The notes below the pieces were generated by a model. The model made no database searches. It was not told where the DNA came from and worked only from the letters and a program-made list of their open reading frames with translations. DNA of 64,000 bases, from assembly GCA_031082185.1 (NCBI GenBank), contig JAVHLI010000011.1:35735-99734 (forward strand), written 5' to 3'. The stretch is from a bacterium (GTDB lineage Bacteria > Sysuimicrobiota > Sysuimicrobiia > Sysuimicrobiales > Humicultoraceae). The translations under genes were made by a program, and so were the position numbers. Of the stretch, positions 51,528 to 60,740 are shown piece by piece (positions within the stretch are counted from its first letter, which is position 1; each line of letters opens with the position of its first letter).

Positions 51528-53831
51528 ATGGTCGAGAGGGCCTCAAGAACCGCTCAGGCCCAACGCGCCATGCCAGAACTGCTGGGCGGGCGGCAACTGA
51601 TCGTTGTCAGCAATCGGGAGCCGTACGCTCACCGCCGGGGCAGGCGGGGCCTCGAGGTGGAAAGCCCGGTCGGGGGGCTCGTGGCCGCGCTCGATCCGGT
51701 CCTGCAGGCCACCGGCGGCGTGTGGATCGCCTGGGGGAGCGGCGAGGCCGACTTCGAGGTTGTTGACGCCCACGACTGCATTCAGGTTCCACCCGAAGCT
51801 CCGCGCTATACCCTGCGGCGAGTGCGCCTGACCGGCGACGAGGTGGAGCAGTTCTACCGCGGCTACGCGAATCAGTCCATTTGGCCGCTCTTCCATCTGG
51901 CCGTGGAGAAGGCCCGGTTCGTCCGCCGGAATTGGACCGCGTATCAGACCGTTAACCGGCGTTTCGCGGACGCGACCTCGAGCATGGTATCCGGTGATGC
52001 CCTGGTCTGGATCCACGACTACCATCTTGCGCTTTGCCCTCTCTACCTGCGCCGGGACCGCCCGGACCTCTTCCTGTCCCACTTCTGGCACATCCCCTGG
52101 CCGGCCTGGGACGTGTTCCGGATCTGCCCTCAGAGCACCGAACTGATCGAGGGCCTGCTCGCCAACGACCTGTTGGGATTCCACCTCCCGCGCCACGCGG
52201 ACAACTTCCTCGACTGTGCCGAGCGCGAGCTGGGTGCCGAGGTAGACCGAGAGGAAGGTCTTGTCGAGTACCACGGGCGTTACACCAAAGTGCAGGCACT
52301 TCCCATCAGCATAGACCAGGACAGATGGGGACGGATGGCGGAATCTCAGGAATGCGAGCGGTGGATGGCCCGGTTGCGCCATCGCTTCCGCCTGGCCGAT
52401 CGGTTCATCGGGGTTGGCGTTGATCGTCTTGACTATACCAAGGGAATCCCCGAACGGCTGCGTGCCATAGAGGTCCTCTTTCAACAGGCACCGGGTGTTC
52501 GCGGCCGGTTCGTCTTCATTCAGAAGTCCGAGCCCAGCCGTACGCGGATCAAGGCCTACCGCGACCTGCAGAGCCACGTTGAGGCTGAGATCGAGCGGAT
52601 CAACTCGCTCTACGGAACAGAGACCTGGCAGCCCATAGTTCACATTCCCCGCCCTCTGCCCGCCGCAGGGATGGCGGCGCTCTACCGGATGGCCGATGTC
52701 TGCATGGTGACCTCCCTCCAGGATGGGATGAACTTGGTCGCCAAGGAGTTCATAGCTTCACAGGTCGATTGCCGGGGGGTGCTGGTTCTAAGCGAACTGG
52801 CCGGAGCCGCGGACGAGGCGCCCTGGTCGCTCACGATCAACCCGTTTGATTCCGAGGGCGTCGCCGAAGCACTGCAACGGGCACTGCGCATGCCGCCGGC
52901 AGAGCGCCAGGAACGCATGCGGCACATGCGGGGCCACCTGCAGCAGCACGACGTCTATCACTGGATGGAGCAGCACTTCCGTGCCGCGGCGCGCCTGCTG
53001 GCCACGAGAGCGGCAACCAGATCCGTGTTCGCGGACATGGAGCAGATCCGGCAGCAAGTCACGGCACGTGATCATCTGGCGGTGCTCGTGGACTTCGATG
53101 GGACCCTTGCCCCGATCTCAGACCGCCCGGATGATGCGAGCCCGCCTCCGCTGGCGCGCGCGGTCCTGGCACGTCTGGCTCAGCGTCCGAGGTGCCTCGT
53201 AGCCGTCATCAGCGATCGTGCCCTGGACGACCTGAGGGAGCGTATGGGCCTGACGGGCATTACTTATGTGGGCAGCCTTGGCTTCGAGATCGCCGGTCCG
53301 GGCTGGAGGTCCGAGCGGCGGCAGACCGCGGAGGTTCGGGCCCTCATCGCGTCCTGCAGTCAGCGACTGAGGATCCGGCTGCGGGTCGTGCAAGGCGCCA
53401 CCGTTGAGGATAGGGGCCTCACCGCCACCGTCTACCACCGTATGGTCCAGCGCGACCAAATCGAGACCATCCGCCAGGCCGTGCTGGAGGAGGTCGGGCG
53501 CGTGCCCCCCGGGAAGCTTGTGCTCCGGCGCGGGAAGATGGCGATAGAGATCCGGCCGGCGGTAGATTGGGACAAGGGACAGGCCGCCCTGTGGCTGCTG
53601 GAGCACGTCCTGGGCAAGGATTGGCGTGCGCGGTGCGCCGTGCTGTACGCGGGGGATGACCGTACGGATGAGGACGCCTTCCTGGTTCTTGCAAACGATG
53701 GCGTCACCATCAAGGTGGGCGCCAGTCCCTATCCTACCGCTGCCAGGCATGCCGTCCGCAACGTGGCCGAGCTACAGGAGCTACTGGAGGCTATCTGGAG
53801 CTGGGTCCAGCCCCCGGTGAGCCCGCACTAG
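51528..53831 (+). CDS. otsA-otsB: Bifunctional trehalose-6-phosphate synthase (GT20) / trehalose-6-phosphate phosphatase (HAD) fusion
   Basis: ATG 51528, 11 nt after GGAGG. The GT20 part has LIVVSNREPY, WIHDYHL and DGMNLVAKEF. The C-terminal HAD part has LVDFDGTLAPI and YAGDDRTDEDAF. Confidence 0.85.
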   Translation: MVERASRTAQAQRAMPELLGGRQLIVVSNREPYAHRRGRRGLEVESPVGGLVAALDPVLQATGGVWIAWGSGEADFEVVDAHDCIQVPPEAPRYTLRRVRLTGDEVEQFYRGYANQSIWPLFHLAVEKARFVRRNWTAYQTVNRRFADATSSMVSGDALVWIHDYHLALCPLYLRRDRPDLFLSHFWHIPWPAWDVFRICPQSTELIEGLLANDLLGFHLPRHADNFLDCAERELGAEVDREEGLVEYHGRYTKVQALPISIDQDRWGRMAESQECERWMARLRHRFRLADRFIGVGVDRLDYTKGIPERLRAIEVLFQQAPGVRGRFVFIQKSEPSRTRIKAYRDLQSHVEAEIERINSLYGTETWQPIVHIPRPLPAAGMAALYRMADVCMVTSLQDGMNLVAKEFIASQVDCRGVLVLSELAGAADEAPWSLTINPFDSEGVAEALQRALRMPPAERQERMRHMRGHLQQHDVYHWMEQHFRAAARLLATRAATRSVFADMEQIRQQVTARDHLAVLVDFDGTLAPISDRPDDASPPPLARAVLARLAQRPRCLVAVISDRALDDLRERMGLTGITYVGSLGFEIAGPGWRSERRQTAEVRALIASCSQRLRIRLRVVQGATVEDRGLTATVYHRMVQRDQIETIRQAVLEEVGRVPPGKLVLRRGKMAIEIRPAVDWDKGQAALWLLEHVLGKDWRARCAVLYAGDDRTDEDAFLVLANDGVTIKVGASPYPTAARHAVRNVAELQELLEAIWSWVQPPVSPH

Positions 53832-54849
53832 CAGCAAAGGGCCGGTCCACCGGAAACAGCTCGATCCACACCGGCCCCCGGGGCAGCACCACGGGACCGC
53901 CGCCTGCGGTCTGAAGCGCCAGCGGCCTGTCCTTGGACCTTCGCCAGGCTCCCTCCACGAGGCGGCCTTCGGTGATGATGGCGAGGCGCCCTGTGCCGAT
54001 CAGGGTGATCTTGCTGCTCGGGGCTCCCTGCTCCATCACGTCTCGCCACTGCACGAACGCGACCAATACCGATGCCGGAGCGATCTGCCTGCCGTCCGCA
54101 TCCAGGTGAGGGCGGCCGTCCTGGTCGCGTAGATACCGGCGCCGCCCGGCATCGTAGCGGTAGCGGACCGCGTAGGGCGGTCCGTAGTCGAGCACGACTA
54201 CATCAGAAGGCGTGGCGTCGGGTAGCACCAACTGAGGCGCAACCTCCATGGAGTAAGGCACACTAACGGGCCGCACGTTCATCGGCTTCTTATGCAATTC
54301 GGCGCGCAGGCGGTCGAGCCGCGTGTAGAGGTTGTGGGGCATCTTGCGCGAGGGATCGCGCCAGAACGGCCCCGATGCCCAGAACTCGTTAATGACGGGG
54401 AACTTCTGCGCCCGGATTGACGCCAGCGCTTCCGCGCTGTGGCCGGCGTGTACCAGGATCGCGCCCAGGTCCGAGGCGATCTCCAGCATGTACTGCCGCG
54501 CGCTGCGTACCGGGCCGATCGACGTGGGGGTGTCCCCGCAGTAGGAGGCAAGGAAGCGCGTGATGCGCGCCTCGGTTGGGAGCGCGTAGACCAGGCACGC
54601 CTCGGCCAGCCCTGACTGCGGCCGGGCTTGCGGGGTATTCTCGATCACGACCAGGAACGGCGTCTCTCCGTCTGCGCCGGGGATGAACACGCGCTCGGCT
54701 TCGGGCAGCGCCGGCGCCTCGGGCGGCGCCACCGCCTCGGGAGCGGAATGCCGTGCCTGGGGGTTCGTGTCACGCCACGCGACTATCCCAGCGGCGAGCA
54801 CCACCGCAACGGTCGCCGACCAGATTGCAGCTCTTTGCTTGTGGCCCAT
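53791..54849 (-). CDS. DUF3048-domain protein (YerB-like, exported)
   Basis: An N-terminal TM/signal segment and PFLVVIENTPQARPQSGLAEACLVYALPTEARITRFLASY, which matches the DUF3048 N-domain pattern. Confidence 0.65.
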   Translation of the reverse strand: MGHKQRAAIWSATVAVVLAAGIVAWRDTNPQARHSAPEAVAPPEAPALPEAERVFIPGADGETPFLVVIENTPQARPQSGLAEACLVYALPTEARITRFLASYCGDTPTSIGPVRSARQYMLEIASDLGAILVHAGHSAEALASIRAQKFPVINEFWASGPFWRDPSRKMPHNLYTRLDRLRAELHKKPMNVRPVSVPYSMEVAPQLVLPDATPSDVVVLDYGPPYAVRYRYDAGRRRYLRDQDGRPHLDADGRQIAPASVLVAFVQWRDVMEQGAPSSKITLIGTGRLAIITEGRLVEGAWRRSKDRPLALQTAGGGPVVLPRGPVWIELFPVDRPFAASAGSPGAGPSSR

Positions 54850-54906
54850 GGGTGAGTAACATTATAGCGGCGGGAACGCCCTGCCGCGACCGCATGGAGG
54901 TGGAGC

Positions 54907-55500
54907 ATGCCAGATGCACGATACGAACGCACCCTAGTCTTCCTGAAGCCGGACGGCGTCCAGCGCGGGCTGATCGGGAAGATCGTGGGGAGGTTTGAGG
55001 GTGCGGGGTTGAAGGTGATCGGCCTGAAGATGATGCGGGCGACGCCCGAGCTGCTGGAGCGCCACTACCCATCGGACGAAGGATTCCTGCGCACCATTGG
55101 CGGCAAGACGCGCGAGGCGTTTGAGGCCGCGGGCCTGGACGTCCGGCGCGAGGCGGGCACCGATGACCCTCTGGCCATCGGGCAGAGGGTGCGGCGGTGG
55201 CTGATTGAGTTCGTGGCGTCCGGGCCGGTGGTCGCGTTTGTACTGCAGGGCACGCACGCCGTCTCGGTTACCCGGAAGATGGTCGGCGACACGCTGCCCT
55301 ATCGGGCCGCGCCGGGAACAATCAGAGGCGACCTGTCCGCCGACTCACCGACCGTCGCCAACCTCCAGAAGCGCCCCGTGCGAAATCTGGTCCACGCCTC
55401 GGGGACGCTCGATGAAGCCGAGGCCGAGATCGGGATGTGGTTCTCTCCCCAGGAGCTGTATGACTACCGCAGGGTGGACGAGGAGATCATCCTAGGGTAG
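54907..55500 (+). CDS. ndk: Nucleoside-diphosphate kinase (long form with an internal insertion)
   Basis: ERTLVFLKPDGVQRGLIGKIVGRFE, GTIRGD, and catalytic His in NLVHASG. It carries about 40 extra residues after ...ERHYPSDEGF compared with the canonical ~140-150 aa Ndk. Confidence 0.85.
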   Translation: MPDARYERTLVFLKPDGVQRGLIGKIVGRFEGAGLKVIGLKMMRATPELLERHYPSDEGFLRTIGGKTREAFEAAGLDVRREAGTDDPLAIGQRVRRWLIEFVASGPVVAFVLQGTHAVSVTRKMVGDTLPYRAAPGTIRGDLSADSPTVANLQKRPVRNLVHASGTLDEAEAEIGMWFSPQELYDYRRVDEEIILG

Positions 55501-56253
55501 CGCTTCTCCAAGCACCCATCCGCTGCCTGAGAGCACCTCGCCGGGCCGGGGATCGGCCGGCAGGACCCCACGGTCGGCCACCAGCGAGAGGGTGGCCCCG
55601 GCCGTGGCGATGCGCATCCACCAGAACCGCTCGCCGGTGGCCACGTTGGTCAGCTCGTGTGACTCGCTGACGTACCCTGTCACCAAGGCCGTCGCGTCGG
55701 CGTCGCCGGAGGGCTCGTCCGCGCCGTGGTGGATGCTCGACGCGAACGACTGCACCGGGGGGCGGTACGAGTGCTCCCTGACCGCCTCGTAGGCGCGCGC
55801 ATCCGCGTACAGCGTGGCCTCGTGCAGGATCACGGCGAGGCGTATCGTGATAACGTTCTCCGGGTGCAGGTGCTGCTTGACGGCAAGGTAATTCACCAGA
55901 TCAACCCGCAGCGGGAAGGCCCCGGAGTACGGCTCGTCCTCCTCGGTGGGATTGAGCCAGCCGTCAATCCAGCCTTCAAATCCGTCGTAGTCGGAAGGGC
56001 CGGCGCCGGTCAGCGCGATGCGGCAACTGTCGTCGCCGGCGAAGAACGGGGTGGCGATCAACGCCTCCCCTGCCTCGTGGGTCTGTACCCAGATCTCGGG
56101 CCCCCCACCCGGAGCCCACCTCACCAGCGTATGCCTGCCTTCACTTGCGATGCGGCTGCCGGCCTGCGCGGCCCGCCGCGCAAGCGCCCAATACTCGCGC
56201 ACCTCGCGCACTGGGAAGCCGATGGCTGTGAAGTGGCTGGACATGGTCGCCAT
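55492..56253 (-). CDS. Hypothetical protein (253 aa), no family recognised
   Basis: An ATG-started ORF with a clean, non-repetitive, acidic composition. It is divergent from nrfA. Confidence 0.45.
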   Translation of the reverse strand: MATMSSHFTAIGFPVREVREYWALARRAAQAGSRIASEGRHTLVRWAPGGGPEIWVQTHEAGEALIATPFFAGDDSCRIALTGAGPSDYDGFEGWIDGWLNPTEEDEPYSGAFPLRVDLVNYLAVKQHLHPENVITIRLAVILHEATLYADARAYEAVREHSYRPPVQSFASSIHHGADEPSGDADATALVTGYVSESHELTNVATGERFWWMRIATAGATLSLVADRGVLPADPRPGEVLSGSGWVLGEALP

Positions 56254-56355
56254 GAAATCCTTTCCCGGAGCGGCGCGGTATTCCTCCAGGGAGGTAATCC
56301 GAGGCCGCGGAAGAACAATGTGTCTGGACCGCCATCCGATGGAAGGGGGCGATCA

Positions 56356-57663
56356 GTGGTGCGCATCCGCTACCTGGTGGTCGTGGCCCTGGGGGTTGTC
56401 CTAGCAGCGGGCATCGCCGCGCTGTTGGTGACGATCGTCGTCCGGCAGCAGGAATCCCGCCTCACCTACTTCAGGGTCGTGGATGTGGCGGAGAACGAGC
56501 CTGACCCCGCGGTCTGGGGCCGCAACTTCCCCGATCAGTACGAGGCGTACCTGAAGACGGTACGGACCTCTGAGCTTGTCAAGTACAGCGCCTACGGGCG
56601 CTACGGTGGATCCGAGGCGTTCTCAAAGCTCGACAAGTACCCTGACCTTGTCAGGATCTTCGCCGGGTACGCGTTCAGCGTTGAGTACCGCGAGGAGCAG
56701 GGACATCTCCAAGCGATGAAGGCCGTGCAGGAGACGAAGCGGCTAGGCGATGCGAAGCCGGGCACCTGCATGACCTGCAAGTCGAGCGATGTGCCCCGGT
56801 TGATGAAGTCGCTCGGCGCGGCCCAGTTCTACGCCACCCCGATGAAGGAGCTGATTGAAAAGAACAACATCAAGCACGCAATCTCCTGCGCCGACTGCCA
56901 CGACGCCAAGACGATGGCCCTTCGCGTGACCCGGCCGGCGTTCATCGAGGCGATGAAGGTCCGGGGGATTGACGTGGGCGCATCTTCCAGGCAGGAGATG
57001 CGGACCTACGTGTGCGCACAGTGCCACGTGGAGTACTACTTCCGGGGCAAGACCGAAAAGTACCTGGTGTTCCCCTGGGCCAAGGGTTTGAAGATCGAAG
57101 ACATTGAGGCCTACTACGACGAGATCAAGTTTTCCGACTGGCAGCACGAGATTACCAGGGCGCCGATGGTCAAGATCCAGCATCCCGAGTTCGAGCTGTG
57201 GTCCAGCGGGAACCACGCCCGCTCCGGCGTGGGCTGCGCGGACTGCCACATGCCCTACAAGAGGGTGGGGTCGGTCAAGATCACCGACCACTGGATCCGC
57301 TCGCCGCTGCTCAACGTGCAGAACGTCTGCACGACCTGCCACCGCCAGTCCGAAGCCGAGATGCGCGCGCGCGTCCTGGAGGCCCAGGACCGGACCTACC
57401 AATTGTTGACGCAGGCGGAACGGGCGATCGTTGACGCCATGGCCGCGATAGAGAAGGCGATGGCCGAGGGCGTCACGGATCAGGACCTGGCCGGAGCCCG
57501 CGGGCTGCACCGCAAGGCGCAGATCCGCTGGGACTTCATCAGCGCGGAGAACAGCATGGGCTTCCACAGCCCGCAGGAGGCCGTCCGGATCCTGGGCGAC
57601 GCGATTGACCACGCCAGGCAGGCCGAGATCGCCGCGCTCAAAGCACCCCGACCGAAACGGTAG
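56356..57663 (+). CDS. nrfA: Pentahaem cytochrome c nitrite reductase, catalytic subunit
   Basis: ORF 55726..57663 trimmed to GTG 56356, which has GGAAGGGGG upstream. An N-terminal TM anchor, one CxxCK (CMTCK) and four CxxCH (CADCH, CAQCH, CADCH, CTTCH). Confidence 0.9.
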   Translation: MVRIRYLVVVALGVVLAAGIAALLVTIVVRQQESRLTYFRVVDVAENEPDPAVWGRNFPDQYEAYLKTVRTSELVKYSAYGRYGGSEAFSKLDKYPDLVRIFAGYAFSVEYREEQGHLQAMKAVQETKRLGDAKPGTCMTCKSSDVPRLMKSLGAAQFYATPMKELIEKNNIKHAISCADCHDAKTMALRVTRPAFIEAMKVRGIDVGASSRQEMRTYVCAQCHVEYYFRGKTEKYLVFPWAKGLKIEDIEAYYDEIKFSDWQHEITRAPMVKIQHPEFELWSSGNHARSGVGCADCHMPYKRVGSVKITDHWIRSPLLNVQNVCTTCHRQSEAEMRARVLEAQDRTYQLLTQAERAIVDAMAAIEKAMAEGVTDQDLAGARGLHRKAQIRWDFISAENSMGFHSPQEAVRILGDAIDHARQAEIAALKAPRPKR

Positions 57664-57672
57664 CGGGAACCC

Positions 57673-58116
57673 GTGCGCCCCTGGGCAGTAACCGGCTTGG
57701 CGCTGGCCTTCCTGGCCGGCAGCGTCCTCGGCTTGGGCGCGTACACGTTCGTGTACGGCAAGGGCTACTCATACCTGCTCGACGACCCCGCCGCCTGCGT
57801 CAACTGCCACATCATGCGCGACAACTACGACGCCTGGGCAGTCGCGACGCACCGGACCGTGACGTGCAACCAGTGTCACGTTCCAAAGGGATTGGCGGCC
57901 AAGTACCTGGCCAAGGCAAGGAACGGCTTCCTGCACTCGTACGCCTTCACGTTCAAGGACGTTCAGGTGATTCGGATCAGGCCGTTGAACCAGCGGGTTC
58001 TCGAGGCGAACTGCCAGGCCTGCCACGCGCGCATGGTCGCGCTCGTCGAGCCGTACGGCCCGCAGCCGTCGAAGCTGTGCTTCGCGTGCCACAGGGGCGT
58101 GGGGCACGGGTTCTAG
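57673..58116 (+). CDS. nrfH: Tetrahaem NapC/NirT-family quinol dehydrogenase
   Basis: A TM anchor and four CxxCH motifs (CVNCH, CNQCH, CQACH, CFACH). It lies immediately downstream of nrfA. Confidence 0.85.
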   Translation: MRPWAVTGLALAFLAGSVLGLGAYTFVYGKGYSYLLDDPAACVNCHIMRDNYDAWAVATHRTVTCNQCHVPKGLAAKYLAKARNGFLHSYAFTFKDVQVIRIRPLNQRVLEANCQACHARMVALVEPYGPQPSKLCFACHRGVGHGF

Positions 58117-58658
58117 CCGCCGGCGGCGAAGTAGTCCTCGTCGAGGATCGCGTACCGGATCGTGTCGTGCCACCGGCCTTCCGCCCAGATGCGCTTGCGA
58201 AAGACGCCTTCGCGCTTGTAGCCTGCCTTCTCCAGTGCCTGCTGGCTGGCCTGGTTCTCGGCGAGCGCCTCGGACTCGAGCCGGTGCAGGTTGAGGGTTT
58301 CGAAGGCGAACTTCGTGCGCACCCGCATCACGTCGGTGGCATAGCCCTGCCCCCAGGCGTCCCTGTCTCCGATCACGATGCCGCTGGTGGCCCGCCGCTG
58401 CCTCCAGTCTATGCCGTGGAGGCCGGTGAAGCCGATGTGCCGGTTGCGCTCGTCGTGGATCGCCCAGGCATAGTCGGTATCCCGCTTCTGCACCTTCTGG
58501 AACCACTCTTCCTCCATCCCCGGGGTCACGCCGGTGGAGAGGTTGAGATACCGCGTGACCTCCGGGTCGTTCATCCAGCGCAGCGCATTGTCGAAGTGCA
58601 TCGAGCGGTCCACAGGAATCAGCCGCACCTTCTCACCACGCAGCCCCACGATCTCCAT
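58113..58658 (-). CDS. GNAT-family N-acetyltransferase (RimJ/RimL-like)
   Basis: ORF trimmed to ATG 58658, which has AAGGAGG upstream. VRLIPVDRSMHFDNALRWMNDPEV, WGQGYATDVM, and LHRLESEALAENQASQQALEKAGYKREG. Confidence 0.8.
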   Translation of the reverse strand: MEIVGLRGEKVRLIPVDRSMHFDNALRWMNDPEVTRYLNLSTGVTPGMEEEWFQKVQKRDTDYAWAIHDERNRHIGFTGLHGIDWRQRRATSGIVIGDRDAWGQGYATDVMRVRTKFAFETLNLHRLESEALAENQASQQALEKAGYKREGVFRKRIWAEGRWHDTIRYAILDEDYFAAGG

Positions 58659-59784
58659 CGTTGATCCTCCTTCCGCCGGCGTGGCGCCGCAGGTACTCCT
58701 GGTAGGCGCCCGGGAAGTGCTTCCGGTAGAGAGCCAGGTTGAATCCCTCGTCCACATCCGAGGTGCGCCACAGTTCGTGGAGCGCCCCATAGTCAAGGTC
58801 GGCGACCACGATCTCCTCCTGATCCCACGACGCCGCCTGCGCCAGGACGCCGGATCCGTCCGGGGTCAGCTCGACCGGAGCCAGGATCGCGCTCCGGCCT
58901 GTGATCGTCATTCCCAGGAAGCGACCCACCATCGCGGCGTGTATCCCGTAGGTGAGACTCTCCTGCACGCGCGGCCACAGCCCGCGCAGCGCCTTCCACT
59001 CGTTGTAGGTGCCCTCCTGCACGTCGCACGCCGGGATCAGGATCACCTCTGCTCCCAGGCCTGCTAGGATGCGCGACGTCTCGAAGTACGTGGCGTCCAT
59101 GCAGATCGGGAACCCCAGGGCGCCCACCGGAGTGCGCACGACGCGCAGATCGTCCCCTGCCTCCAGGCCCCACGATGCCTCCAGCGGCAACAGGTGGCAC
59201 TTCACCTGCTGCCCGAGCAGCGTTCCGTCCGGACCAAAGAGGTAGCCGACATTGCGCACGGCCCCGTGCTCGTCCGGCAGCATCGCGCTCCCGCTGGCGA
59301 CGTAGACACCCAGCCTGCGCGCCACTTCCGAGAAGGTCGTCATGTAGGCGGTCCGGACCGCCGGGCCGATGAAGCGCAGGATATCGGCCAGCCTGACGCC
59401 CGGCCCGGCCACCGCGCCGGTCGCCTGCGCGAGCGAGACATCGTCGGCCAGGCCGTCGAGCCCGGGCAGGAGCCCCACCAGGTGCGTGCCGCTGTCCTCC
59501 GGGAAGACGATCAACTGCGCGTCCAGGGCCGCGGCGTTGCGCGCGCGCGAGGCAATCATCTGCGCGTATTCGGAGGCGTCGCCGATGAGCCGCAGCCGCA
59601 TCTGTACCGCGGCAACCCGCACCCTGGCCGAGGGCGGCGAGGTGCACGGTGGTAGCGATGAGCAGTTGTCCGTGCGTTCGAGCCGCATGCGGTCGAGCGC
59701 AGCACGGATGAGACCGGGCCGGGTGCGCCAGCCGAGCCAGTGTCGAAAGGCAGCTTCGCGCAGCCGCGCGCTAAGGCCCATCAC
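58633..59784 (-). CDS. Carbon-nitrogen hydrolase (nitrilase-superfamily) protein with an intact Glu-Lys-Cys triad
   Basis: Glu in LIVFPEDSG, Lys in GQQVKCHL, Cys in GFPICMDATYFE. The GTG/ATG start overlaps the stop of the upstream paralog (GTGATG). Confidence 0.8.
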   Translation of the reverse strand: MMGLSARLREAAFRHWLGWRTRPGLIRAALDRMRLERTDNCSSLPPCTSPPSARVRVAAVQMRLRLIGDASEYAQMIASRARNAAALDAQLIVFPEDSGTHLVGLLPGLDGLADDVSLAQATGAVAGPGVRLADILRFIGPAVRTAYMTTFSEVARRLGVYVASGSAMLPDEHGAVRNVGYLFGPDGTLLGQQVKCHLLPLEASWGLEAGDDLRVVRTPVGALGFPICMDATYFETSRILAGLGAEVILIPACDVQEGTYNEWKALRGLWPRVQESLTYGIHAAMVGRFLGMTITGRSAILAPVELTPDGSGVLAQAASWDQEEIVVADLDYGALHELWRTSDVDEGFNLALYRKHFPGAYQEYLRRHAGGRRINDGDRGAAW

Positions 59785-60740
59785 TCACCCCGCCACCGTT
59801 CGTAGATCGCCGGCAGATAGCGGGCGTAGAGCACCGGGTTGAGTTGGGAGAAAATGTCGTAGGCGCGCACCACCTCTTGCAGCGCCGCCACGTCGAGATC
59901 CGTGGTGAGCAGACAGTCCCCCTCGCGGTCCAGGACGGCCAGCCAGCCGGTCTCGCCGGCGGTCATCTCCACCGGCGCGACCGCCGCGGTACGGGACTGC
60001 CAGCGCACGCCGGCAGCGGCTCCGCACAGGCCGGCCTCTACCCCGAAGACCTGGTTCTGTTGAACCTGCTGCCATAGGCCGCGCCACTGGTGCCGTTCCC
60101 CGTACGGAGGAGAGACCGCGACAGGACACGCCAGAACCACGGCGTCCTGCAGCGCCAGGATCCGCGCCGCTTCCGGGTACCACAGATCGGTTCCGATGAG
60201 GATGCCGACCCGGCCCGACGGGGTGTCGGCGGGTCGCAACTCATCCCCGGGTACCCATCCCAGGTGCCGCTCGGCCGCGGTGAGGTGCGTCTGGACCTGC
60301 CAGCGCACCACCCTGCCGTCCGGCGTGATGAGGGGCGCCGCGTGGTGCCAGGCGCCGGGTGGCCGGCTGCCGGGTAGCCCGCCGTGCGGCCCGGTGCTGC
60401 CGTTGCCGCCCGGGGCCGGCACGCCGGTCGGCCACACCACCGTGCCTGGGAGCAGCGTCACGTGATACCCCGACGCCAGGCGGCGCGCTGCCCGCAACCA
60501 CTCGCCCGCCGCATCGGCCACCTCTGCCGTGCGTTCCTGGGGCCAGGGCTCCAAGAAGGGACAGTCCATGCCAAGCGAGCCGGCCACATATAACGTGCCT
60601 GTATGGGCCGGGAAGATCACCAGCTGCGAACCAGCACCGGCGGCCGCCTCGACGAACCGGGCGGTGGCGGTCAGCACGGTCCTGGTTGTGCCCAGGCCTC
60701 CGGCGTCCAGTTGCACCGCGGCGCACCGGATGTTGCTCAT
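59781..60740 (-). CDS. Carbon-nitrogen hydrolase paralog lacking all three catalytic residues (probable pseudoenzyme)
   Basis: This is the C-terminal 319 codons of ORF 59781..62108, starting at ATG 60740 (ATGA overlap with the MFS stop). It aligns by eye with the downstream paralog: FPAHTG vs FPEDSG, WQVQTHL vs QQVKCHL, ILIGTDLWYPE vs FPICMDATYFE, and the C-terminal DLDVAALQEV...LYARYLPAIYE vs DLDYGALHEL...LYRKHFPGAYQ. Confidence 0.7.
   Translation of the reverse strand: MSNIRCAAVQLDAGGLGTTRTVLTATARFVEAAAGAGSQLVIFPAHTGTLYVAGSLGMDCPFLEPWPQERTAEVADAAGEWLRAARRLASGYHVTLLPGTVVWPTGVPAPGGNGSTGPHGGLPGSRPPGAWHHAAPLITPDGRVVRWQVQTHLTAAERHLGWVPGDELRPADTPSGRVGILIGTDLWYPEAARILALQDAVVLACPVAVSPPYGERHQWRGLWQQVQQNQVFGVEAGLCGAAAGVRWQSRTAAVAPVEMTAGETGWLAVLDREGDCLLTTDLDVAALQEVVRAYDIFSQLNPVLYARYLPAIYERWRGE

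Noticed and set aside
56254-56355. An FNR/CRP-type site upstream of nrfA
   Set aside because: No TTGAT-N4-ATCAA-like sequence is present. Only a short CCATC-c-GATGG dyad occurs, which is too small to interpret.
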